Assembly: GCA_040954595.2 (NCBI GenBank)
Contig: CM082591.2
Span: 9,627,309-9,691,308 of the forward strand
Source: Balanoglossus misakiensis
Lineage: Eukaryota; Animalia; Hemichordata
Direction: 5' to 3'
DNA length: 64,000 bases
Made by a program: the position numbers and the translations under genes
Shown here: positions 24,473-39,400 of the stretch, piece after piece
Layout of the letters: each line of letters starts with the position of its first letter
Numbering within the stretch: position 1 is the stretch's first letter
The notes under the pieces: model-generated
Database searches by the model: none
What the model was told of the DNA's origin: nothing
What the model saw: only the letters and a program-made list of their open reading frames with translations

Positions 24473-27400
24473 TTTGAACTTGCTAAATTAATTTAAAGAG
24501 ACAAAGTCGCTCTCTCTTTGTCCTTTTGCGATGATAGAATGCTTGCTTGAAGTCTCTCGTGCAATAAATGATGTCGATTCATACATGTATGGATGGTGTA
24601 TAGGTGGTCGGAATTTACATGTCTTTGCCACGACCAAACCAACAACACGTAAAATCAAAGTTTGGGTCATGAAATCGAGTTTTGTTACAGTCTAGAATTT
24701 CATGCCACCCCTTATGGTCATATTATTCTTGGTAGGCAAAAGTGACAAGTAGTCAAGTTTCAACACAGGCAACATTTTTTACAAACAAACCACAAAGAAG
24801 ACATCAAAAGGGAGAGAATTATAGAATGGTCAATGTGTGAAAAGTTAAGATACGTAAAGTGGCCGGGTTCAACATTAACTCATCGACTTCATATCGTCTT
24901 CATGCCATGGTTTTTGCCTGCCCTGAAAGTTCTTGTCGTTGCAGAAGTGGTTTTGACAGAAAGAATTTAGTCTTCCGGGATGTTTGTGATTATTTGAACA
25001 CCAGACAATACAATGCAACCTTGACTTCCAAAATACTTACCGGCATTGCATTATCTTACCATGGTTAGGCCTACAGTGAACAAATTTTCAACAATATTTT
25101 CTGAGTTACCGCTGATATTTGTTTTGTAGTATGGATATTAAATTATACATCCCGATACAAAGCAGAATGTTATAGAATCCTTCCTGAGTGATATTGAAAA
25201 AATTACCGGAATGCTACCGCCTAATCTATGGTTAGGGTTATTGCTATTATTTTATATCAGTAATCGCCTTTGTGTATATCAATGTCATTTTCATAACGAA
25301 AATGAACTCGAGTCTAATGTAAACGTTACGAATTGATCGAAAGGCGCTCTGATGAATGTTAACACGAGTGCGCAGTGACAAGACATGCATCGTGCATGAC
25401 AGTGACAACAGTTCCTATAGAGCAGTTAAAAAATAAACCGGCCGTCCGTAAATTTATCAGCTATATTTTTTTTTATTTAGTCACGTTTTCCCTGTTGCAT
25501 GCTATTAGTTCAGGGGCCAGTTTTAGCAGTGCTCTATTGAGTACTTTCGTATCGATGGATTGATCTCTCGTCCAATCAGAATGGCGGATGGTAGCATGAT
25601 CCGACATATTGCGTATTACAATAGGGCTTCCTCATACAGGTCAGAACGGAGAGGTCATTCCTTTTATTTTAGGACGTCTCAGCTCCTTTGTCTTTTCTGT
25701 TATAGTGTTAAAGAAATCAAACGGTTTTGTTTTGGCCGGTAAACACCGATGGATTAACTCTTTAGTCCGTCGTGCATCCAAACGCAGTCGAGTCGGTTTG
25801 GTCATTGTTTATGCGACAGTAAATGCCAAATGTGACAGAAGCATCATATTAAATGAGATAGAATACACAAACAAACAAACATACGAATAAACAAACAGGC
25901 AAACAAACAAACAAACAACCATTAGGGACTGTTCAGAATTTACTTCCAAGTTTGGGATGGAGGATTTTTTATTTTCCTGGTGATTTTTTTCCATGGTCTC
26001 CCCTAGTAAATTGTGGAGGAAATATGTGGTCCCTCCTTAAATTTCCTGGGGATTTTCCATGGTCCCCCTATTGTGACTTTTATGTCTAGTCTCCCCTAAT
26101 TTGTCTTGGAGAAAATGGGTGGTCCCCCCCTCTGAAAATTCTCCGCCCCCCTGGAAGTAAATTCTGAACAGTCCCTTATTAAAGCCAACAGCTAGCACCC
26201 TGGCTTCTCTGCCAGAGGAGCGATAACATCGACAAAATGCAGATACACAAGAAATGAGCACTTTATTCCACAAGTGAAGTAGTCTGTTCCCTGCCCCATT
26301 CCCACCGCTGGCTGCGCCCTTTAGCGTAGCGCCGATGGCAGTGGGAATGGGGCAGGGGACCAGACTACAAGTGAAGAACCCCAGTAACAGACGTAACGAA
26401 CAAACAAACTACATGTACTAACAACAAAGCAAGAAAAGTGTCAAGCGTCGTCAAAGAAAACGAAAAAGTTCTAGCATGGTTGGTAAAAGTTATTGGTAGA
26501 AAACGAATAGGGCCTTCTACAAATCACGTCTCAGACCCGCAAACGCCACCAGAACACAAAACACATGCACAGAACAGTTTAAGCCGGTTGTTGTATGGAG
26601 CAGCAATAATCTGCGGTTGGGCCGTCGTAGATTTTCGCTGGTGGTGAAAATAAATAAAACACGATCGATGTTCGATTTATTCCAGATCACATGCGTTTAC
26701 GGCCAGGAGAGAGCATAAAAGTCTTCAAATGACCATGTGGTGGCGCACTTTTTCCGATTGGCTGTATTTCAATTTGTTCGTGGTAAATTAATTTTGTGGA
26801 GGTGACCGGCACTGAAGCTCTTAGCTAGGATGAGGTGGGATGGAAAAATGCCCCATTTTAGCTGTTTTAAAATATACGACTATTTATAGACAAAAGGAAA
26901 ATAAAACAAGCGCAAAAACATACCAAACCTAGTTTTATTAATTAAAAACAAAATTGCTGAGTAAAGGTTTTCATGTGGGCATTCACTTTGAACTTGCTAA
27001 ATTAATTTAAAGAGACAAAGTCGCTCTCTCTTTGTCCTTTTGCGATGATAGAATGCTTGCTTGAAGTCTCTCGTGCAATAAATGATGTCGATTCATACAT
27101 GTATGGATGGTGTATAGGTGGTCGGAATTTACATGTCTTTGCCACGACCAAACCAACAACACGTAAAATCAAAGTTTGGGTCATGAAATCGAGTTTTGTT
27201 ACAGTCTAGAATTTCATGCCACCCCTTATGGTCATATTATTCTTGGTAGGCAAAAGTGACAAGTAGTCAAGTTTCAACACAGGCAACATTTTTTACAAAC
27301 AAACCACAAAGAAGACATCAAAAGGGAGAGAATTATAGAATGGTCAATGTGTGAAAAGTTAAGATACGTAAAGTGGCCGGGTTCAACATTAACTCATCGA

Positions 27401-30400
27401 CTTCATATCGTCTTCATGCCATGGTTTTTGCCTGCCCTGAAAGTTCTTGTCGTTGCAGAAGTGGTTTTGACAGAAAGAATTTAGTCTTCCGGGATGTTTG
27501 TGATTATTTGAACACCAGACAATACAATGCAACCTTGACTTCCAAAATACTTACCGGCATTGCATTATCTTACCATGGTTAGGCCTACAGTGAACAAATT
27601 TTCAACAATATTTTCTGAGTTACCGCTGATATTTGTTTTGTAGTATGGATATTAAATTATACATCCCGATACAAAACAGAATGTTATAGAATCCTTCCTG
27701 AGTGATATTGAAAAAATTACCGGAATGCTACCGCCTAATCTATGGTTAGGGTTATTGCTATTATTTTATATCAGTAATCGACTTTGTGTATATCAATGTC
27801 ATTTTCATAACGAAAATGAACTCGAGTCTAATGTAAACGTTACGAATTGATCAAAAGGCGCTCTGATGAATGTTAACACGAGTGCGCAGTGACAAGACAT
27901 GCATCGTGCATGACAGTGACAACAGTTCCTATAGAGCAGTTAAAAAATAAACCGGACGTCCGGAAATTTATCAGCTATATTTTTTTTTATTTAGTCACGT
28001 TTTCCCTGTTGCATGCTATTAGTTCAGGGGCCAGTTTTAGCAGTGCTCTATTGAGTACTTTCGTATCGATGGATTGATCTCTCGTCCAATCAGAATGGCG
28101 GATGGTAGCATGATCCGACATATTGCGTATTACAATAGGGCTTCCTCATACAGGTCAGAACGGAGAGGTCATTCCTTTTATTTTAGGACGTCTCAGCTGC
28201 TTTGTCTTTTCTGTTATAGTGTTAAAGAAATCAAACGGTTTTGTTTTGGCCGGTAAACACCGATGGATTAACTCTTAAGTCCATCGTGCATCCAAACGCA
28301 GTCGAGTCGGTTTGGTCATTGTTTATGCGACAGTAAATGCCAAATGTGACAGAAGCATCATATTAAATGAGATAGAATACACAAACAAACAAACATACGA
28401 ATAAGCAAACAGGCAAACAAACAAACAAACAACCATTAGGGACTGTTCAGAATTTACTTCCAAGTTGGGGATGGAGGATTTTTTATTTTCCTGGTGATTT
28501 TTTTCCATGGTCTCCCCTAGTAAATTGTGGAGGAAATATGTGGTCCCTCCTTAAATTTCCTGGGGATTTTCCATGGTCCCCCTATTGTGACTTTTATGTC
28601 TAGTCTCCCCTAATTTGTCTTGGAGAAAATGGGTGGTCCCCCCCCTCGGAAAATTCTCCGCCCCCTGGAAGTAAATTCTGAACAGTCCCTTATTAAAGCC
28701 AACAGCTAGCACCCTGGCTTCTCTGCCAGAGGAGCGATAACATCGACAAAATGCAGATACACAAGAAATGAGCACTTTATTCCACAAGTGAAGTAGTCTG
28801 TTCCCTGTCCCATTCCCACCGCTGGCTGCGCCCTTTAGCGTAGCGCCGATGGCAGTGGGAATGGGGCAGGGGACCAGACTACAAGTGAAGAACCCCAGTA
28901 ACAGACGTAACGAACAAACAAACTACATGTACTAACAACAAAGCAAGAAAAGTGTCAAGCGTCGTCAAAGAAAACGAAAAAGTTCTAGCATGGTTGGTAA
29001 AAGTTATTGGTAGAAAACGAATAGGGCCTTCTACAAATGACGTCTCAGACCCGCAAACGCCACCAGAACACAAAACACATGCACAGAACAGTTTAAGCCG
29101 GTTGTTGTATGGAGCAGCAATAATCTGCGGTTGGGCCGTCGTAGATTTTCGCTGGTGGTGAAAATAAATAAAACACGATCGATGTTCGATTTATTCCAGA
29201 TCACATGCGTTTACGGCCAGGAGAGAGCATAAAAGTCTTCAAATGACCATGTGGTGGCGCACTTTTTCCGATTGGCTGTATTTCAATTTGTTCGTGGTAA
29301 ATTAATTTTGTGGAGGTGACCGGCACTGAAGCTCTTAGCTAGGATGAGGTGGGATGGAAAAATGCCCCATTTTAGCTGTTTTAAAATATACGACTATTTA
29401 TAGACAAAAGGAAAATAAAACAAGCGCAAAAACATACCAAACCTAGTTTTATTAATTAAAAACAAAATTGCTGAGTAAAGGTTTTCATGTGGGCATTCAC
29501 TTTGAACTTGCTAAATTAATTTAAAGAGACAAAGTCGCTCTCTCTTTGTCCTTTTGCGATGATAGAATGCTTGCTTGAAGTCTCTCGTGCAATAAATGAT
29601 GTCGATTCATACATGTATGGATGGTGTATAGGTGGTCGGAATTTACATGTCTTTGCCACGACCAAACCAACAACACGTAAAATCAAAGTTTGGGTCATGA
29701 AATCGAGTTTTGTTACAGTCTAGAATTTCATGCCACCCCTTATGGTCATATTATTCTTGGTAGGCAAAAGTGACAAGTAGTCAAGTTTCAACACAGGCAA
29801 CATTTTTTACAAACAAACCACAAAGAAGACATCAAAAGGGAGAGAATTATAGAATGGTCAATGTGTGAAAAGTTAAGATACGTAAAGTGGCCGGGTTCAA
29901 CATTAACTCATCGACTTCATATCGTCTTCATGCCATGGTTTTTGCCTGCCCTGAAAGTTCTTGTCGTTGCAGAAGTGGTTTTGACAGAAAGAATTTAGTC
30001 TTCCGGGATGTTTGTGATTATTTGAACACCAGACAATACAATGCAACCTTGACTTCCAAAATACTTACCGGCATTGCATTATCTTACCATGGTTAGGCCT
30101 ACAGTGAACACATTTTCAACAATATTTTCTGAGTTACCGCTGATATTTGTTTTGTAGTATGGATATTAAATTATACATCCCGATACAAAACAGAATGTTA
30201 TAGAATCCTTCCTGAGTGATATTGAAAAAATTACCGGAATGCTACCGCCTAATCTATGGTTAGGGTTATTGCTATTATTTTATATCAGTAATCGACTTTG
30301 TGTATATCAATGTCATTTTCATAACGAAAATGAACTCGAGTCTAATGTAAACGTTACGAATTGATCGAAAGGCGCTCTGATGAATGTTAACACGAGTGCG

Positions 30401-33400
30401 CAGTGACAAGACATGCATCGTGCGTGACAGTGACAACAGTTCCTATAGAGCAGTTAAAAAATAAACCGGCCGTCCGGAAATTTATCAGCTATATTTTTTT
30501 TTATCTAGTCACGTTTTCCCTGTTGCATGCTATTAGTTCAGGGGCCAGTTTTAGCAGTGCTCTATTGAGTACTTTCGTATCGATGGATTGATCTCTCGTC
30601 CAATCAGAATGGCGGATGGTAGCATGATCCGACATATTGCGTATTACAATAGGGCTTCCTCATACAGGTCAGAACGGAGAGGTCATTGCTTTTATTTTAA
30701 GACGTCTCAGCTCCTTTGTCTTTTCTGTTATAGTGTTAAAGAAATCAAACGGTTTTGTTTTGGCCGGTAAACACCGATGGATTAACTCTTAAGTCCATCG
30801 TGCATCCAAACGCAGTCGAGTCGGTTTGGTCATTGTTTATGCGACAGTAAATGCCAAATGTGACAGAAGCATCATATTAAATGAGATAGAATACACAAAC
30901 AAACAAACATACGAATAAGCAAACAGGCAAACAAACAAACAAACAACCATTAGGGACTGTTCAGAATTTACTTCCAAGTTGGGGATGGAGGATTTTTTAT
31001 TTTCCTGGTGATTTTTTTCCATGGTCTCCCCTAGTAAATTGTGGAGGAAATATGTGGTCCCTCCTTAAATTTCCTGGGGATTTTCCATGGTCCCCCTATT
31101 GTGACTTTTATGTCTAGTCTCCCCTAATTTGTCTTGGAGAAAATGGGTGGTCCCCCCCTCGGAAAATTCTCCGCCCCCTGGAAGTAAATTCTGAACAGTC
31201 CCTTATTAAAGCCAACAGCTAGCACCCTGGCTTCTCTGCCAGAGGAGCGATAACATCGACAAAATGCAGATACACAAGAAATGAGCACTTTATTCCACAA
31301 GTGAAGTAGTCTGTTCCCTGTCCCATTCCCACCGCTGGCTGCGCCCTTTAGCGTAGCGCCGATGGCAGTGGGAATGGGGCAGGGGACCAGACTACAAGTG
31401 AAGAACCCCAGTAACAGACGTAACGAACAAACAAACTACATGTACTAACAACAAAGCAAGAAAAGTGTCAAGCGTCGTCAAAGAAAACGAAAAAGTTCTA
31501 GCATGGTTGGTAAAAGTTATTGGTAGAAAACGAATAGGGCCTTCTACAAATCACGTCTCAGACCCGCAAACGCCACCAGAACACAAAACACATGCACAGA
31601 ACAGTTTAAGCCGGTTTTTGTATGGAGCAGCAATAATCTGCGGTTGGGCCGTCGTAGATTTTCGCTGGTGGTGAAATAAATAAAACACGATCGATGTTCG
31701 ATTTATTCCAGATCACATGCGTTTACGGCCAGGAGAGAGCATAAAAGTCTTCAAATGACCATGTGGTGGCGCACTTTTTCCGATTGGCTGTATTTCAATT
31801 TGTTCGTGGTAAATTAATTTTGTGGAGGTGACCGGCACTGAAGCTCTTAGCTAGGATGAGGTGGGATGGAAAAATGCCCCATTTTAGCTGTTTTAAAATA
31901 TACGACTATTTATAGACAAAAGGAAAATAAAACAAGCGCAAAAACATACCAAACCTAGTTTTATTAATTAAAAACAAAATTGCTGAGTAAAGGTTTTCAT
32001 GTGGGCATTCACTTTGAACTTGCTAAATTAATTTAAAGAGACAAAGTCGCTCTCTCTTTGTCCTTTTGCGATGATAGAATGCTTGCTTGAAGTCTCTCGT
32101 GCAATAAATGATGTCGATTCATACATGTATGGATGGTGTATAGGTGGTCGGAATTTACATGTCTTTGCCACGACCAAACCAACAACACGTAAAATCAAAG
32201 TTTGGGTCATGAAATCGAGTTTTGTTACAGTCTAGAATTTCATGCCACCCCTTATGGTCATATTATTCTTGGTAGGCAAAAGTGACAAGTAGTCAAGTTT
32301 CAACACAGGCAACATTTTTTACAAACAAACCACAAAGAAGACATCAAAAGGGAGAGAATTATAGAATGGTCAATGTGTGAAAAGTTAAGATACGTAAAGT
32401 GGCCGGGTTCAACATTAACTCATCGACTTCATATCGTCTTCATGCCATGGTTTTTGCCTGCCCTGAAAGTTCTTGTCGTTGCAGAAGTGGTTTTGACAGA
32501 AAGAATTTAGTCTTCCGGGATGTTTGTGATTATTTGAACACCAGACAATACAATGCAACCTTGACTTCCAAAATACTTACCGGCATTGCATTATCTTACC
32601 ATGGTTAGGCCTACAGTGAACACATTTTCAACAATATTTTCTGAGTTACCGCTGATATTTGTTTTGTAGTATGGATATTAAATTATACATCCCGATACAA
32701 AACAGAATGTTATAGAATCCTTCCTGAGTGATATTGAAAAAATTACCGGAATGCTACCGCCTAATCTATGGTTAGGGTTATTGCTATTATTTTATATCAG
32801 TAATCGACTTTGTGTATATCAATGTCATTTTCATAACGAAAATGAACTCGAGTCTAATGTAAACGTTACGAATTGATCGAAAGGCGCTCTGATGAATGTT
32901 AACACGAGTGCGCAGTGACAAGACATGCATCGTGCGTGACAGTGACAACAGTTCCTATAGAGCAGTTAAAAAATAAACCGGCCGTCCGTAAATTTATCAG
33001 CTATATTTTTTTTTATTTAGTCACGTTTTCCCTGTTGCATGCTATTAGTTCAGGGGCCAGTTTTAGCAGTGCTCTATTGAGTACTTTCGTATCGATGGAT
33101 TGATCTCTCGTCCAATCAGAATGGCGGATGGTAGCATGATCCGACATATTGCGTATTACAATAGGGCTTCCTCATACAGGTCAGAACGGAGAGGTCATTG
33201 CTTTTATTTTAAGACGTCTCAGCTCCTTTGTCTTTTCTGTTATAGTGTTAAAGAAATCAAACGGTTTTGTTTTGGCCGGTAAACACCGATGGATTAACTC
33301 TTAAGTCCATCGTGCATCCAAACGCAGTCGAGTCGGTTTGGTCATTGTTTATGCGACAGTAAATGCAAAATGTGACAGAAGCATCATATTAAATGAGATA

Positions 33401-36400
33401 GAATACACAAACAAACAAACATACGAATAAACAAACAGGCAAACAAACAAACAAACAACCATTAGGGACTGTTCAGAATTTACTTCCAAGTTGGGGATGG
33501 AGGATTTTTTATTTTCCTGGTGATTTTTTTCCATGGTCTCCCCTAGTAAATTGTGGAGGAAATATGTGGTCCCTCCTTAAATTTCCTGGGGATTTTCATG
33601 GTCCCCCTATTGTGACTTTTATGTCTAGTCTCCCCTAATTTGTCTTGAAGAAAATGGGTGGTCCCCCCCCCCCCCTCTGAAAATTCTCCGCCCCCTGGAA
33701 GTAAATTCTGAACAGTCCCTTATTAAAGCCAACAGCTAGCACCCTGGCTTCTCTGCCAGAGGAGCGATAACATCGACAAAATGCAGATACACAATAAATG
33801 AGCACTTTATTCCACAAGTGAAGTAGTCTGTTCCCTGCCCCATTCCCACCGCTGGCTGCGCCCTTTAGCGTAGCGCCGATGGCAGTGGGAATGGGGCAGG
33901 GGACCAGACTACAAGTGAAGAACCCCAGTAACAGACGTAGCGAACAAACAAACTACATGTACTAACAACAAAGCAAGAAAAGTGTCAAGCGTCGTCAAAG
34001 AAAACGAAAAAGTTCTAGCATGGTTGGTAAAAGTTATTGGTAGAAAACGAATAGGGCCTTCTACAAATGACGTCTCAGACCCGCAAACGCCACCAGAACA
34101 CAAAACACATGCACAGAACAGTTTAAGCCGGTTGTTGTATGGAGCAGCAATAATCTGCGGTTGGGCCGTCGTAGATTTTCGCTGGTGGTGAAAATAAATA
34201 AAACACGATCGATGTTCGATTTATTCCAGATCACATGCGTTTACGGCCAGGAGAGAGCATAAAAGTCTTCAAATGATCATGTGGTGGCGCACTTTTTCCG
34301 ATTGGCTGTATTTCAATTTGTTCGTGGTAAATTAATTTTGTGGAGGTGACCGGCACTGAAGCTCTTAGCTAGGATGAGGTGGGATGGAAAAATGCCCCAT
34401 TTTAGCTGTTTTAAAATATACGACTATTTATAGACAAAAGGAAAATAAAACAAGCGCAAAAACATACCAAACCTAGTTTTATTAATTAAAAACAAAATTG
34501 CTGAGTAAAGGTTTTCATGTGGGCATTCACTTTGAACTTGCTAAATTAATTTAAAGAGACAAAGTCGCTCTCTCTTTGTCCTTTTGCGATGATAGAATGC
34601 TTGCTTGAAGTCTCTCGTGCAATAAATGATGTCGATTCATACATGTATGGATGGTGTATAGGTGGTCGGAATTTACATGTCTTCGCCACGACCAAACCAA
34701 CAACACGTAAAATCAAAGTTTGGGTCATAAAATCGAGTTTGGTTACAGTCTAGAATTTCATGCCACCCCTTATGGTCATATTATTCTTGGTAGGCAAAAG
34801 TGACAAGTAGTCAAGTTTCAACACAGGCAACATTTTTTACAAACAAACCACAAAGAAGACATCAAAAGGGAGAGAATTATAGAATGGTCAATGTGTGAAA
34901 AGTTAAGATACGTAAAGTGGCCGGGTTCAACATTAACTCATCGACTTCATATCGTCTTCATGCCATGGTTTTTGCCTGCCCTGAAAGTTCTTGTCGTTGC
35001 AGAAGTGGTTTTGACAGAAAGAATTTAGTCTTCCGGGATGTTTGTGATTATTTGAACACCAGACAATACAATGCAACCTTGACTTCCAAAATACTTACCG
35101 GCATTGCATTATCTTACCATGGTTAGGCCTACAGTGAACACATTTTCAACAATATTTTCTGAGATACCGCTGATATTTGTTTTGTAGTATGGATATTAAA
35201 TTATACATCCCGATACAAAACAGAATGTTATAGAATCCTTCCTGAGTGATATTGAAAAAATTACCGGAATGCTACCGCCTAATCTATGGTTAGGATTATT
35301 GCTATTATTTTATATCAGTAATCGACTTTGTGTATATCAATGTCATTTTCATAACGAAAATGAACTCGAGTCTAATGTAAACGTTACGAATTGATCGAAA
35401 GGCGCTCTGATGAATGTTAACACGAGTGCGCAGTGACAAGACATGCATCGTGCATGACAGTGACAACAGTTCCTATAGAGCAGTTAAAAAATAAACCGGC
35501 CGTCCGTAAATTTATCAGCTATATTTTTTTTATTTAGTCACGTTTTCCCTGTTGCATGCTATTAGTTCAGGGGCCAGTTTTAGCAGTGCTCTATTGAGTA
35601 CTTTCGTATCGATGGATTGATCTCTCGTCCAATCAGAATGGCGGATGGTAGCATGATCCGACATATTGCGTATTACAATAGGGCTTCCTCATACAGGTCA
35701 GAACGGAGAGGTCATTCCTTTTATTTTATGACGTCTCAGCTCCTTTGTCTTTTCTGTTATAGTGTTAAAGAAATCAAACGGTTTTGTTTTGGCCGGTAAA
35801 CACCGATGGATTAACTCTTAAGTCCATCGTGCATCCAAACGCAGTCGAGTCGGTTTGGTCATTGTTTATACGACAGTAAATGCCAAATGTGACAGAAGCA
35901 TCATATTAAATGAGATAGAATACACAAACAAACAAACATACGAATAAACAAACAGGCAAACAAACAACCATTAGGGACTGTTCAGAATTTACTTCCAAGT
36001 TGGGGATGGAGGATTTTTTATTTTCCTGGTGATTTTTTTCCATGGTCTCCCCTAGTAAATTGTGGAGGAAATATGTGGTCCCTCCTTAAATTTCCTGGGG
36101 ATTTTCCATGGTCCCCCTATTGTGACTTTTATGTCTAGTCTCCCCTAATTTGTCTTGGAGAAAATGGGTGGTCCCCCCCCCCCCTCTGAAAATTCTCCGC
36201 CCCCTGGAAGTAAATTCTGAACAGCCTTATTAAAGCCAACAGCTAGCACCCTGGCTTCTCTGCCAGAGGAGCGATAACATCGACAAAATGCAGATACACA
36301 AGAAATGAGCACTTTATTCCACAAGTGAAGTAGTCTGTTCCCTGCCCCATTCCCACCGCTGACTGCGCCCTTTACCGTAGCGCTGATGGCAGTGGGAATG

Positions 36401-39400
36401 GGGCAGGGGACCAGACTACAAGTGAAGAACCCCAGTAACAGACGTAGCGAACAAACAAACTACATGTACTAACAACAAAGCAAGAAAAGTGTCAAGCGTC
36501 GTCAAAGAAAACGAAAAAGTTCTAGCATGGTTGGTAAAAGTTATTGGTAGAAAACGAATAGGGCCTTCTACAAATGACGTCTCAGACCCGCAAACGCCAC
36601 CAGAACACAAAACACATGCACAGAACAGTTTAAGCCGGTTGTTGTATGGAGCAGCAATAATCTGCGGTTGGGCCGTCGTAGATTTTCGCTGGTGGTGAAA
36701 ATAAATAAAACACGATCGATGTTCGATTTATTCCAGATCACATGCGTTTACGGCCAGGAGAGAGCATAAAAGTCTTCAAATGACCATGTGGTGGCGCACT
36801 TTTTCCGATTGGCTGTATTTCAATTTGTTCGTGGTAAATTAATTTTGTGGAGGTGACCGGCACTGAAGCTCTTAGCTAGGATGAGGTGGGATGGAAAAAT
36901 GCCCCATTTTAGCTGTTTTAAAATATACGACTATTTATAGACAAAAGGAAAATAAAACAAGCGCAAAAACATACCAAACCTAGTTTTATTAATTAAAAAC
37001 AAAATTGCTGAGTAAAGGTTTTCATGTGGGCATTCACTTTGAACTTGCTAAATTAATTTAAAGAGACAAAGTCGCTCTCTCTTTGTCCTTTTGCGATGAT
37101 AGAATGCTTGCTTGAAGTCTCTCGTGCAATAAATGATGTCGATTCATACATGTATGGATGGTGTATAGGTGGTCGGAATTTACATGTCTTCGCCACGACC
37201 AAACCAACAACACGTAAAATCAAAGTTTGGGTCATAAAATCGAGTTTGGTTACAGTCTAGAATTTCATGCCACCCCTTATGGTCATATTATTCTTGGTAG
37301 GCAAAAGTGACAAGTAGTCAAGTTTCAACACAGGCAACATTTTTTACAAACAAACCACAAAGAAGACATCAAAAGGGAGAGAATTATAGAATGGTCAATG
37401 TGTGAAAAGTTAAGATACGTAAAGTGGCCGGGTTCAACATTAACTCATCGACTTCATATCGTCTTCATGCCATGGTTTTTGCCTGCCCTGAAAGTTCTTG
37501 TCGTTGCAGAAGTGGTTTTGACAGAAAGAATTTAGTCTTCCGGGATGTTTGTGATTATTTGAACACCAGACAATACAATGCAACCTTGACTTCCAAAATA
37601 CTTACCGGCATTGCATTATCTTACCATGGTTAGGCCTACAGTGAACACATTTTCAACAATATTTTCTGAGATACCGCTGATATTTGTTTTGTAGTATGGA
37701 TATTAAATTATACATCCCGATACAAAACAGAATGTTATAGAATCCTTCCTGAGTGATATTGAAAAAATTACCAGAATGGTACCGCCTAATCTATGGTTAG
37801 GGTTATTGCTATTATTTTATATCAGTAATCGACTTTGTGTATATCAATGTCATTTTCATAACGAAAATGAACTCGAGTCTAATGTAAACGTTACGAATTG
37901 ATCGAAAGGCGCTCTGATGAATGTTAACACGAGTGCGCAGTGACAAGACATGCATCGTGCATGACAGTGACAACAGTTCCTATAGAGCAGTTAAAAAATA
38001 AACCGGCCGTCCGTAAATTTATCAGCTATATTTTTTTTTATTTAGTCACGTTTTCCCTGTTGCATGCTATTAGTTCAGGGACCAGTTTTAGCAGTGCTCT
38101 ATTGAGTACTTTCGTATCGATGGATTGATCTCTCGTCCAATCAGAATGGCGGATGGTAGCATGATCCGACATATTGCGTATTACAATAGGGCTTCCTCAT
38201 ACAGGTCAGAACGGAGAGGTCTTTCATTTTATTTTAGGACGTCTCAGCTCCTTTGTATTTTCTGTTATAGTGTTAAAGAAATCAAACGGTTTTGTTTTGG
38301 CCGGTAAACACCGATGGATTAACTCTTAAGTCCATCGTGCATCCAAACGCAGTCGAGTCGATTTGGTCATTGTTTATGCGACAGTAAATGCCAAATGTGA
38401 CAGAAGCATCATATTAAATGAGATAGAATACACAAACAAACAAACATACGAATAAACAAACAGGCAAACAAACAAACAGACAACCATTAGGGACTGTTCA
38501 GAATTTACTTCCAAGTTGGGGATGGAGGATTTTTTATTTTCCTGGTGATTTTTTTCCATGGTCTCCCCTAGTAAATTGTGGAGGAAATATGTGGTCCCTC
38601 CTTAAATTTCCTGGGGATTTTCCATGGTCCCCCTATTGTGACTTTTATGTCTAGTCTCCCCTAAATTGTCCCTTATTAAAGCCAACAGCTAGCACCCTTG
38701 CTTCTCTGCCAGAGGAGCGATAACATCGACAAAATGCAGATACACAAGAAATGAGCACTTTATTCCACAAGTGAAGTAGTCTGTTCCCTGCCCCATTCCC
38801 ACCGCTGGCTGCGCCCTTTAGCGTAGCGCCGATGGCAGTGGGAATGGGGCAGGGGACCAGACTACAAGTGAAGAACCCCAGTAACAGACGTAACGAACAA
38901 ACAAACTACATGTACTAACAGCAAAGCAAGAAAAGTGTCAAGCGTCGTCAAAGAAAACGAAAAAGTTCTAGCATGGTTGGTAAAAGTTATTGGTAGAAAA
39001 CGAATAGGGCCTTCTACAAATGACGTCTCAGACCCGCAAACGCCACCAGAACACAAAACACATGCACAGAACAGTTTAAGCCGGTTGTTGTATGGAGCAG
39101 CAATAATCTGCGGTTGGGCCGTCGTAGATTTTCGCTGGTGGTGAAAATAAATAAAACACGATCGATGTTCGATTTATTCCAGATCACATGCGTTTACGGC
39201 CAGGAGAGAGCATAAAAGTCTTCAAATGACCATGTGGTGGCGCACTTTTTCCGATTGGCTGTATTTCAATTTGTTCGTGGTAAATTAATTTTGTGGAGGT
39301 GACCGGCACTGAAGCTCTTAGCTAGGATGAGGTGGGATGGAAAAATGCCCCATTTTAGCTGTTTTAAAATATACGACTATTTATAGACAAAAGGAAAATA

